A DNA stretch of 64,000 bases from an uncultured Gemmatimonadales bacterium (GTDB taxonomy: Bacteria > Gemmatimonadota > Gemmatimonadetes > Longimicrobiales > Longimicrobiaceae): contig OY970303.1 in assembly GCA_963716255.1 (NCBI GenBank), forward strand, positions 4,032,001 through 4,096,000, read 5' to 3'. This document shows, one piece after another, positions 22,391 to 33,300 of the stretch (within the stretch, counting starts at the first letter, position 1; each line of letters starts with the position of its first letter). Position numbers and translations under genes: made by a program. The notes under the pieces were generated by a model. That model was not told where the DNA came from and did not search any database. It was given only the letters and a program-made list of their open reading frames with translations.

Positions 22391-22419
22391 TTGACACGGG
22401 GGGCCCCGGAGCGCAATTT
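22391..22419 (+). promoter_or_regulatory. Possible sigma70 promoter for the cohesin/adhesin operon
   Basis: TTGACA-N17-CAATTT. A similar TTGACA-N17/18-(T)CATTTT occurs at 38055 before adhesin 2. Confidence 0.4.
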
Positions 22420-22558
22420 ATCACCTCTTGAGAACCCGCCCGGCGTCCTCCGGGACGCGCTGCTCTTCCAACGCCACGTAGAGACATCCATCCCGGCCCG
22501 CCGCACACGGGCTCGGGCATCCTTCCCTGTGGGTCTGAACCGTTTCGCAAAAGACACC

Positions 22559-23650
22559 GTGAGCCAGTTCGCTTTCACTTCCGGCCGTGCGCGGCCCCGG
22601 GCGGCATCCCTGCTGGCGGCCGGCCTCGCCGCGCTTGCGCTCGTGTTCGCAGCGGCGTGCGACGACGACGGCACCGGCTCCAAGCGCACCGTCGCGCGGG
22701 TGGCCGTGACTGCCTCCGCCGCCACGCTGGAGGCGGGCAAGACGCTCCAGCTGGTCGCCGTGGCGTACGACCGCAGCAACCGTGCGCTCACCGGGAAGAC
22801 CTTCTCGTGGGCCAGCAGCAGTGACGCCTTCGCCACCGTCGCGCAGGACGGCATGGTGACGGGGCGCGCCGCGGGGCCGGTGACCATCAGCGCCGCAACG
22901 GACGGGGTGACCGGCACGTTCGCCCTCACCATCTCCGCCGTGCCGGTGGTGCAGCCGCCCGTGGCCGCCCGTGTGGTGGTCGCGCCCACGTTCTCCACGG
23001 TGGACGCGGGCGGCACCTCCACGCTGCGCGCCGCGGCGCTCGCCGCCAACGGCGACACCGTCCGCGGGACCGTGTTCAACTGGAGCGCCATCCCCCAGGC
23101 GGCCGCCACGGTGAACGCCGCCGGCGTCGTCTCGGGCGTGGCCGTGGGGCAGGCCCTGGTGGTGGCTCAGGCCGGCAACCTCGCCGACTCCGCGGTCGTC
23201 GCGGTGCTGGGCCCCCGCACCCTGCTTTCCACCTCCTTCCCCGGCGGCTCCATCCGCTCCTCGGTGGCCGCGGGGCAGACCTTCACGGTCCCGGTGGTGC
23301 TCGACCTGAGCAAGGTGGGGAGCAACGGCGACCTGGGCTCGGCCCAGTTCGACCTGGTCTTCGACCCCGCCGTGCTCCAGTACGTGTCCGCGGCGAGCAC
23401 GCTGCAGGGCGCGGCCGAGACCAACCTGGTGAGCGCGGGGCGCGTGCGCTTCGCCTACGCGGGGACCTCGGTGCAGGGGAGCCCGCGGCCCACGCTGACG
23501 ACGCTGACCTTCCGGGTCGCGGCGGGCGCCGCGGCCGGAACGCAGACCCTGCTGAACCTGGTGTACACCGTGGCGCCGACGAGCACCAGCTTCGCGGCCT
23601 ACGAGATCCCGCTGGCGGTGGGCGGCATCGTCCGCGTCGCCGCTCCCTGA
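22559..23650 (+). CDS. Lipoprotein with two Big-2 Ig-like domains and a C-terminal cohesin domain
   Basis: Lipobox FAAAC and WASSSDAFATVAQDGMVTG (Big-2). The C-terminal GQTFTVPVVLD...SAQFDLVFDPAVLQYVS...GRVRFAY...LTTLTFRV fits a cohesin pattern. Confidence 0.8.
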   Translation: MSQFAFTSGRARPRAASLLAAGLAALALVFAAACDDDGTGSKRTVARVAVTASAATLEAGKTLQLVAVAYDRSNRALTGKTFSWASSSDAFATVAQDGMVTGRAAGPVTISAATDGVTGTFALTISAVPVVQPPVAARVVVAPTFSTVDAGGTSTLRAAALAANGDTVRGTVFNWSAIPQAAATVNAAGVVSGVAVGQALVVAQAGNLADSAVVAVLGPRTLLSTSFPGGSIRSSVAAGQTFTVPVVLDLSKVGSNGDLGSAQFDLVFDPAVLQYVSAASTLQGAAETNLVSAGRVRFAYAGTSVQGSPRPTLTTLTFRVAAGAAAGTQTLLNLVYTVAPTSTSFAAYEIPLAVGGIVRVAAP

Positions 23651-23720
23651 TCGGACGGACCGGACCGCCCGGCGCACGCCGCGCCTGGCGGAGCAGGACA
23701 CTACGCAAGGAGAAGGACCG

Positions 23721-24242
23721 ATGAGCAGGAAGAAGCGCTTCGCAGCGCCGTTCGCCCTCGCGCTCGCGCTGGGCCTCCTGGGCGGCTGCGAGAACGCGGT
23801 GCAGCCGCAGGAGCCGAGCGTGCTGGAGGGGCTCGCCCCGGGGATCCACCCCATCGTGGTGCTGACCTCGCAGGCGGGGAGCGCCGCCACCGTGGAGCTG
23901 CACCTGAAGCGGGTGGGCGTGGACGCAAAGATCGCCAGCTTCCAGGGCGAGCTCGGATTCGACCGGGAGCGCCTGACGCTCGCCGGCGCCGAGCTGAAGC
24001 CCGGGGTGATGGGCGCGTGGAACGAGAGCGCTCCGGGCACCGTCCGCTTCGCGGGCGCGGTGGCCGAGGGGATGGCCGACGGCGCGGTCCTCACGCTCCG
24101 CTTCACGGCAAAGGGCGCGGTCGACGGCCAGGCGTTCCGGGTCAAGGTGGAGGAGCTGGTCTCCTCGGCCGATTTCCAGGACCTTTCCACGCGCCTGGTC
24201 GTCCGCGAGCAGCCCCTCTTCTCTCCGTCTCCCCTCAAGTAG
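23721..24242 (+). CDS. Lipoprotein with a single cohesin-like domain
   Basis: AAGGA RBS and lipobox LGGC. IASFQGELGFDRERLTL...NESAPGTVRFAG...VLTLRF. Confidence 0.7.
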   Translation: MSRKKRFAAPFALALALGLLGGCENAVQPQEPSVLEGLAPGIHPIVVLTSQAGSAATVELHLKRVGVDAKIASFQGELGFDRERLTLAGAELKPGVMGAWNESAPGTVRFAGAVAEGMADGAVLTLRFTAKGAVDGQAFRVKVEELVSSADFQDLSTRLVVREQPLFSPSPLK

Positions 24243-24336
24243 CCGCACCACACGAGGTGAGGACCGGACGGGTCCGCGGGTCATCCGCGGGCCCGATCAT
24301 TCACGTTTGTCCGTTTTGATTCCTTTCCGGGAGACC

Positions 24337-27300
24337 ATGATGCGGTTCCTTCCCAGGCTCGCCCTGTTCTGCGGCGCGCTGCTCTTCCTGTTCGGCGCCT
24401 CCGCGCGCCCGGCCGCCGCCCAGTCGGGCGCGATCGGGATCCGCGGCGACGTCACGGCCGACGGCAACCTCACCGCGTCCGACGCGCTGGCGGTACTCTC
24501 GCACGTGGTGGGCAAGCCCCTCCCCGCCGGGTACTCCGCCGAGCTCGACGGCGACGCGGACGGCAACGGCCAGGTGACGGCGCTGGACGCGCTCGTCATC
24601 CTGGGCCGCGTCGTCGGCAAGGACGTGGCGCGCTACCCAGTGGGCAGGCGGCTCCTGTCCGGGGTGGTGGGAACCGCGGGGGGATCCGTCGTCTCCCGGC
24701 TCGACTCCATCCGGATCGAGTTCCCGGAGGGGGCGCTCGCCGAGGCCGTGAACATCACGGTGGAGCCCGCCACCGGCCTCCCGGCGACGCCGGGGCTGGT
24801 CGCCAGCTCCGCGCTGTCGATGGGGCCGGACGGGCAGCGCTTCGCCAAGCCGGTGCGGCTGACGCTGCGCTACAGCCCGGCGGCGGTGCCGCAGGGCGTG
24901 GACCCCGCGGCGCTGCGCATCCACCGGCGCGTGGGCGACGGCTGGGAAGAGGTCCCGGGAGGGACGGTGGACGTGGCTTCGGCGACGGTGAGCGCGGTGC
25001 TGAGCGGCTTCAGCACCTACGCCATCCTGCCGCGCGCGGAAACGGGGCTGTCGCTGGTCAAGGTGGCGGGCGACGGGCAGACGGGCACCGTGGGGCTTCC
25101 GCCCGCGGACTTCCTGGTGGTGCGGCTGGTGAACCCGGCCGGGCGCGGGATCGCCAACCGGGTGCTGACCTGGACGGTGATCGAGGGCGGCGGCACCATC
25201 CGCCCGCTGGAAGAGCGGACCGACAGCGCCGGGCGGGTGCGCGCGGTGTTCACCCTGGGGCCGGACGCCGGCCTCAACCGGGTGCGCGTCGCCACGGCCG
25301 GCGCCGACCCGGTGGTCTTCACCGCCACGGGCGTCTCGGCGGCGCCGAGCTCCATCGTGGTGTACGCCGGCGCGGACCAGACGGCGACCGCCGGCGGCCC
25401 GGTGGCGACCCCGCCCTCGGTGCGGGTGACGGACGCCCGCGGCAACCCGGTGGTGGACGCGACGGTGACCTTCGCGGTCGCGACCGGCGGCGGCAGCATC
25501 ACCGGCGCCACCCCGAAGACCGACGGCAACGGCATCGCGACGGTGGGAAGCTGGACGCTGGGGACCACGGCCGGGCCCAACTCGCTGACCGCGTCGGTCG
25601 CGGGCGGGCTCAGCGTGACCATCAACGCCACGGGCATTCCGGGCGCGCCGGCCTCCATCTCCAAGCAGTCGGGCGACGGCGGCACCGCCGTGGTGGGGAC
25701 CACGCGCGCCCTCGAGGCGAAGGTGGTGGACGCCAACGGCAACGGCGTCGCCGGCGTGACGGTCTCCTGGACCGTGGCGTCGGGCGGCGGCTCGCTGTCG
25801 GCGCCCAGCTCCCTGACGGACGGCTCGGGCGTGGCCTCGGTGATCTGGACCTTCGGCGGGACGGCGGGCGCGCAGAGCGTCACGGCGGCCGCCACCGGGC
25901 TCGCCGGCTCGCCGCTCACCTTCTCGGCGACCACCACCCCGGCCGCGGCGTCGCGCCTGGCGATCACCACGCAGCCCTCGGCGGCGGCGCAGAGCGGCAT
26001 CGCCTTCCCGCAGCAGCCCGTCCTCCAGCTCCAGGACGCGTTCGGCAACGCGGTCGCGCAGAGCGGCGTTGCGGTGACGGCGGCGATCGCCTCCGGCACC
26101 GGCACGCTCGGCGGCACCGCCACGGTGAGCACCAACGCCGCCGGCGTGGCGACCTTCGCGGACCTCGCCATCAGCGGCCCGGTGGGCGCGTACACCCTGG
26201 GCTTCTCGGCCACGGGGCTGACGGGCGCCACCTCGGGCACCATCAACCTGGCGGCGGGCGCGGCTTCGCAGCTGGCCGTCACCACGCAGCCCTCGGCCAC
26301 GGCGCAGAGCGGGGTGGCCTTCCCGCAGCAGCCTGTGGTGCAGCTGCGCGACGCCGCCGGCAACCCGGTCTCGCAGGCGGGCGTCACCGTAACGGCGGCC
26401 ATCGCCACGGGCGGCGGCACGCTGGGCGGCACCACCACGGCGACGACCAACGCCAGCGGCGTGGCGACGTTCACCAACCTGTCCATCACGGGCACGGTCG
26501 GCGACCGCACGCTCGCCTTCTCGGCCACGGGGCTGACGGGCGCCACCTCGGGCACCATCACCCTGACGGCGGGTGCGGCCTCGCAGCTGGCCGTCACCAC
26601 GCAGCCCTCGGCCACGGCGCAGAGCGGGGTGGCCTTCCCGCAGCAGCCTGTTGTGCAGCTGCGCGACGCCAGCGGCAACCCGGTGGCGCAGGCGGGCGTC
26701 ACCGTGACGGCGGCCATCGCCACGGGCGGCGGCACGCTGGGCGGCACCACCACGGCGACGACGGATGCCGGCGGCGCGGCGACCTTCACCGGCCTGTCGA
26801 TCACCGGCACGATCGGTGACCGCACGCTGTCCTTCTCGGCGACCGGGCTGACCGGCGCCACCTCGAACACGATCAGCGTGACGGCGGGCGCGGCGACGCA
26901 GCTCACCATCACCACGCAGCCTTCCTCCACAGCGCAGAGCGGGGCGGTCTTCGGCACGCAGCCGGCCGTGCAGCTGCGCGACGCGAGCGGCAACCCGGTC
27001 GCGCAGGCGGGGGTGACGGTCACGGCGGCCATCGCTTCGGGCGCGGGCACGCTGGGCGGCACGACGACGGCGACGACCAACGCCAGCGGTGTGGCGACGT
27101 TCACCGACCTGGCCATCACCGGCGTGGTCGGCGACCGGACGCTGTCCTTCTCGGCGACCGGGCTGACCGGCGCCACCTCGAACACGATCAGCGTGACGGC
27201 GGGCGCGGCGACGCAGCTTGCCATCACCACCCAGCCTTCCGACAGCGTGCAGAGCGGGACCGCGTTCCCGCGGCAGCCGGTGGTGCAGCTGCGCGACGCC

Positions 27301-30300
27301 AGCGGCAACCCGGTGGCTCAGGCGGGGGTGACGGTCACGGCGGCCATCGCTTCGGGCGCGGGCACGCTGGGCGGCACGACGGCGGCGACGACCAACGCCA
27401 GCGGCGTGGCGACCTTCACCAACCTGGTCATCACCGGCTCGGTCGGTGACCGCACGCTGTCCTTCTCGGCCACGGGGCTGACGGGCGCCACCTCCGGCAC
27501 GGTCAACGTCCGGGCGGGTGCGGCTTCGCAGCTCGCGATCACCACGCAGCCGTCGCCCACCGCGCAGAGCGGCGTGGCCTTCGGCACGCAGCCGGCGGTG
27601 CAGGTCCAGGACGCCAGCGGCAACCCGATCGCCCAGGCGGGGGTGACGGTCACGGCGGCCATCGCCACGGGCGGCGGTACGCTGGGCGGCACCACGACGG
27701 CGACCACCAACGCGAGCGGCGTGGCGACGTTCACCAACCTGTCCATCTCGGGCACGGTCGGCGACCGGACGCTGTCCTTCTCGGCGTCGGGCCTGACGGG
27801 CGCCACCTCCAACACGATCAGCGTGACGGCGGGCGCGGCGACGCAGCTCGCAATCACCACCCAGCCGTCCTCCACCGCGGAGAGCGGCGTGGCCTTCGCC
27901 ACGCAGCCGGCGGTCCAGCTCCAGGATGCCAGCGGCAACCCGGTGGCTCAGGCGGGGGTGACGGTCACGGCGGCCATCGCCTCGGGCGCGGGCACGCTGG
28001 GCGGGACCACCACGGCGACGACCAACGCCAGCGGCGTGGCGACCTTCACCAACCTCCAGATCACCGGCGTGCTCGGGGACCGGACGCTCTCGTTCTCGGC
28101 GTCAGGCCTGACGGGTGCGACCTCGAACACGGTCAGCGTGACGGCGGGCGCGGCGACGCAGCTCACCATCACCACGCAGCCTTCCGACAGCGTGCAGAGC
28201 GGGACGACGTTCCCGCGTCAGCCGGTGGTGCAGCTGCGCGACGCCAGCGGCAACCCGGTGGCGCAGGCGGGAGTGACGGTCACGGCTGCCATCGCCTCGG
28301 GCGCGGGCACGCTGGGTGGCACGACGACGGCGACGACCAACGGCAGCGGCGTGGCGACCTTCACCAACCTGGTCATCACGGGCGCGGTCGGCGACCGGAC
28401 GATTTCCTTCTCGGCGTCCGGCCTGACTGGCGCGACTTCGAACACGGTCAGCGTGACGGCGGGCGCGGCTTCGCAGCTCACCATCACCACGCAGCCTTCC
28501 GACAGCGTGCAGAGCGGGACGACGTTCCCGCGGCAGCCGGTGGTGCAGCTGCGCGACGCCAGCGGCAACCCGGTTGCGCAGGCGGGTGTGACGGTCACGG
28601 CGGCCATCGCTTCGGGCGCGGGCACGCTGGGCGGCACGACGACGGCGACGACCAACGCCAGCGGCGTGGCGACCTTCACCAACCTGGTGATCACGGGCGC
28701 GGTCGGCGACCGGACGCTCTCGTTCTCGGCATCGGGCCTGACGGGCGCGACGTCGAACACGGTCAGCGTGACGGCCGGCGCGGCGACGCAGCTCGCGGTC
28801 ACCACGCAGCCGTCCTCCACCGCGCAGAGCGGCGTGGCCTTCGCCACGCAGCCGGCGGTGCAGATCCAGGACGCCAGCGGCAACCCGGTGGCTCAGGCGG
28901 GGGTGACGGTCACGGCGGCCATCGCTTCGGGCGCGGGCACGCTGGGCGGCACGACGACGGCGACGACCAACGCCAGCGGCGTGGCGACGTTCACCGACCT
29001 GGCCATCACGGGCGTGGTCGGCGACCGGACGCTGTCCTTCTCGGCGACCGGGCTGACCAGCGCCACCTCGAACACGATCAGCGTGACGGCGGGTGCGGCG
29101 ACGCAGCTCGCCATCACCACGCAGCCCTCCGACAGCGTGCAGAGCGGGACGACGTTCCCGCGGCAGCCGGTGGTGCAGCTGCGCGACGCCAGCGGCAACC
29201 CGGTGGCTCAGGCGGGTGTGACGGTCACGGTGGCCATCGCTTCGGGCGCGGGCACGCTGGGCGGCACGACGACGGCGACGACCAACGCCAGCGGCGTGGC
29301 GACCTTCACCGACCTGGTCATCACCGGCGTGGTCGGAGACCGCACGCTCTCCTTCTCGGCGACCGGGCTTACCGGCGCGACTTCGAACACGGTCAGCGTG
29401 ACGGCGGGCGGCGCGTCGCAGCTGGTCATCACCACGCAGCCCTCCGACAGCGTACAGAGCGGGACGACGTTCCCGCGGCAGCCGGTTGTCCAGCTGCGCG
29501 ACGCCAGCGGCAACCCGGTGGCGCAGGCGGGGGTGACGGTCACGGCGGCCATCGCCACGGGCGGCGGCACGCTGGGCGGCACCACGACGGCGACCACCAA
29601 CGCGAGCGGCGTGGCGACGTTCACCAACCTGTCCATCTCGGGCACGGTCGGCGACCGGACGCTGTCCTTCTCGGCGACCGGGCTGACCGGCGCGACTTCG
29701 AGCACGATCAGCGTGACGGCGGGCGCGGCTTCGCAGCTCACCATCACCACGCAGCCCTCCGACAGCGTGCAGAGCGGGACGACGTTCCCGCGGCAGCCGG
29801 CGGTGCAGCTGCGTGACGCCAGCGGCAACCCGGTTGCGCAGGCGGGGGTGACGGTCACGGCGGCCATCGCCACGGGCGGCGGCACGCTGGGCGGGACCAC
29901 CACGGCGACGACCAACGCGAGCGGCGTGGCGACCTTCACCAACCTGTCCATCACGGGCGCGGTGGGTGACCGCACGCTCTCCTTCTCGGCGGCCGGCCTG
30001 ACCGGCGCGACGTCGAGCACGGTCAGCGTGACGGCGGGCGCGGCGGCGCAGCTGGCCGTCACCACGCAGCCCTCCGCGACGGTGCAGAGCGGGGTGGCCT
30101 TCCCGCAGCAGCCGGTCGTGCAGCTGCGCGACGCGGCGGGCAACCCGGTGGCGCAGGCGGGGGTGACGGTCACGGCGGCCATCGCTTCCGGCGGCGGCAC
30201 GCTGGGCGGCACCACCACGGCCACCACCGACGCGACCGGCGCGGCGACCTTCACCGACCTGTCCATCACCGGCACGGTCGGCGACCGGACGCTGTCCTTC

Positions 30301-33300
30301 TCGGCGTCGGGCCTGACGGGCGCCACCTCCAACACGATCAGCGTGACGGCGGGCGCGGCGACGCAGCTCGGCATCACGACGCAGCCTTCCGACAGCGTGC
30401 AGAGCGGCATCGCGTTCCCGCGGCAGCCGGTGGTGCAGCTGCGCGACGCGAGCGGCAACCCGGTCTCGCAGGCGGGCGTCACCGTGACGGCAGCGATCGC
30501 GTCCGGCGCGGGCACGCTGGGCGGGACCACCACGGCGACGACCAATGCCAGCGGGGTGGCGACCTTCACCGACCTGTCCATCACCGGCCTGGTCGGCGAC
30601 CGGACGCTCTCCTTCTCGGCGTCGGGCCTGACCGGTGCCACCTCCGCGACCGTCAGCGTGACGGCGGGCGCGGCTTCTCAGCTGGTCATCACCACGCAGC
30701 CCTCGGACAGTGTGCAGGGCGGGGCGCCGTTCCCGCGGCAGCCCGTGGTCCGACTCCTGGACGCCTCCGGCAACCCGGTTGCGCAGGCGGGGGTGACGGT
30801 CACGGCGGCGATCGCTTCGGGTGGCGGCACGCTGGGCGGCACGACGACGGCGACGACCAACGCCAGCGGCGTGGCGACCTTCACCAACCTTTCCATCTCC
30901 GGGGCGGCGGGCGACCGCACTCTTTCCTTCTCGGCGACGGGGCTGACGGGAGCGACCTCCACCACCGTCAGGGTGACTTCGGGTCCCCCGGCGCAGCTGT
31001 TCATCGCCACGCAGCCGTCGTCCAGCGCCCAGGCCGGGGTGGCCTTCGCGCAGCAGCCGGCGGTGCAGCTCCAGGACGCGTCGGGCAACCCGACGGCCCA
31101 GGCGGGGGTGGTCGTCACGGCGGCGATCGCCTCGGGCGGCGGCACGCTGGGCGGCACCGTCACGGCGACGACGGACGCCACCGGCCTGGCCACCTTCACC
31201 AACCTGTCCATCGGCGGGACGGTGGGGAGCCGCACGCTCTCCTTCTCGGCGAGCGGGCTGACGGGCGCCACGTCGGGCACCATCAACGTGACCGCGGGCC
31301 CGGCGGCGGCGCTGGCCTTCTCGGTGCAGCCCTCCAACGTGGTCGCGAGCGCTCCGATCACTCCGGCCGTGCAGGTGTCGATCGTGGACGCCTACGGCAA
31401 CGTGGTGACGGGCGCCACGGACAACGTGACCCTCGCCATCGGGAACAACCCGTCCGGCGGGACGCTCTCGGGGACCACCACCGTGGCCGCGACGGGCGGG
31501 GTGGCGACCTTCTCCGGCCTCAGCATCAACCTGGTGGGCACCGGCTACACGCTCACGGCGAGCGCGGCCGGTCTGGGCACGGCCACGAGCGTGGGCTTCA
31601 ACGTCACGCACGGTCCGCTGGACCACTTCCTGGTGGAAGCGGCCGGCGGCGGGCCCATCGGCAACCAGCTGGCCGGAACGCCCTTCAACGTGCGGGTCAC
31701 GGCGAAGGACGCGTTCAACAACACCGTGACCAGCTTCACCGGCACGGTGGGCTTCACCAGCACGCCCGCCGGCGGGATCTCGGCCGGTGCGACCTCGGGG
31801 GCGTTCACCGCCGGGGTGCTGTCGTCGCACGCCATCACCTTCGGGACGCCGGGGAGCTTCACGCTCACCGCGACCCGCACCTCGGGGACGGAGAGCGGCA
31901 CCAGCAACAGCTTCGAGGTGCAGGCGGCGCCGACAGCCGTGAACGAGGGCCCGACGCCCACCAGCGCGCCGGGGCAGCCCTTCCACGCCTTCTTCAGCAC
32001 CAGCGGGAGCCCGCAGACGTTCAGCCTTGCGGCGCCGGGTGTGCTGTCCAACGACAACCTCGGCTTCCCGCTGGCGACGATCACGTCCTTCGGGGCGGAC
32101 TCGCTGGGCGGGAGCGTGACGACCTACGCGGCGGGGAGCACCGTCTCGCCGCTGCCGGGGACCGGGCGCACCACCGGCTCGCTCTCGGTGGGCGCGAACG
32201 GCACCATCACCTTCACGCCGCCGGACGGCTTCACCGGCAACTACGTCTTCAAGTATCGCCTGACCAACGTCCGCGGCTTCTCGGACGGGCAGGTGACCAT
32301 CGCGGTGGGCGCGCGGCCGGCGGCGGCGAACGACACCTACGCGCCGGTGCTGCTGGGCAACGTGCCCATCAACACGGCGACGAGCACCCAGTTCCGGGTG
32401 ACGAGCAACGACGCGGGCGACGGGAAGATCCTCGCCATCACGGGCCAGAGCAACGGGACGGCGACCCTCAACGCCGACAGCACCTTCGTCTTCCGGCCCA
32501 ACCCGGGCTTCGAGGGAACGGCCAGCTTCACCTACACGGTGCGAAACGGCTTCGGGACCACCGCTCCGGCGACGGTCACGATGACGGTGGCGAACCCGGT
32601 GTGGTTCGTGGACGCCTCGGCCTCGGCGGGCGGCGACGGGCGCTACGACGCCCGCTTCAACAGCCTGTCGAGCTTCGCGGCGATCAACAACGGAACCGGG
32701 AGCAACCCGGCGGCGAACGACCGGGTCTTCCTCTACACTGGCGCCTACACCGGGGCGGTGACGCTCCTGAACGGGCAGCAGTTCGTCGGGCAGGGTGCCA
32801 CCGGGAGCTCGTTCAGCTCGGTGCTCGGCGTGACCTGGCCGGCGGACTCCGGCACGGAACCGGGCATCAACGGCACGTCGCCCACGATCACCTCGGCCAC
32901 CACGGGGATCACGCTGGGGAGCGGGAACACGCTGCGCGGCTTCAACCTGGGGAACGTGACCGGGACGGCGCTTTCCGGCACCAGCTTCGGCACGGTCGTC
33001 GTGTCCAGCGTGGGGATCAACACCACCGGGCAGGCGCTGAGCCTGACTACGGGCACGCTGAACGGCGGCTTCACGCAACTGCGCTCCACCGGCGGGACCA
33101 ACAACGTCTTCCTCTCGGGGGTGGCGACCACGGGCACCTCCACGCTGGGCGGCGCCGGGGACGTGCTCTCGGGGGCCACGGGCGACGCCTTCGTGGTGGC
33201 GGGCGGGACCGGCTCGTTCACCTACTCGGGCAGCGTCACCCAGGCCAGCAACGCCGCGCTGCTGAACGTGAGCGGCGGCCACTCGGGAACGCTCACCTTC

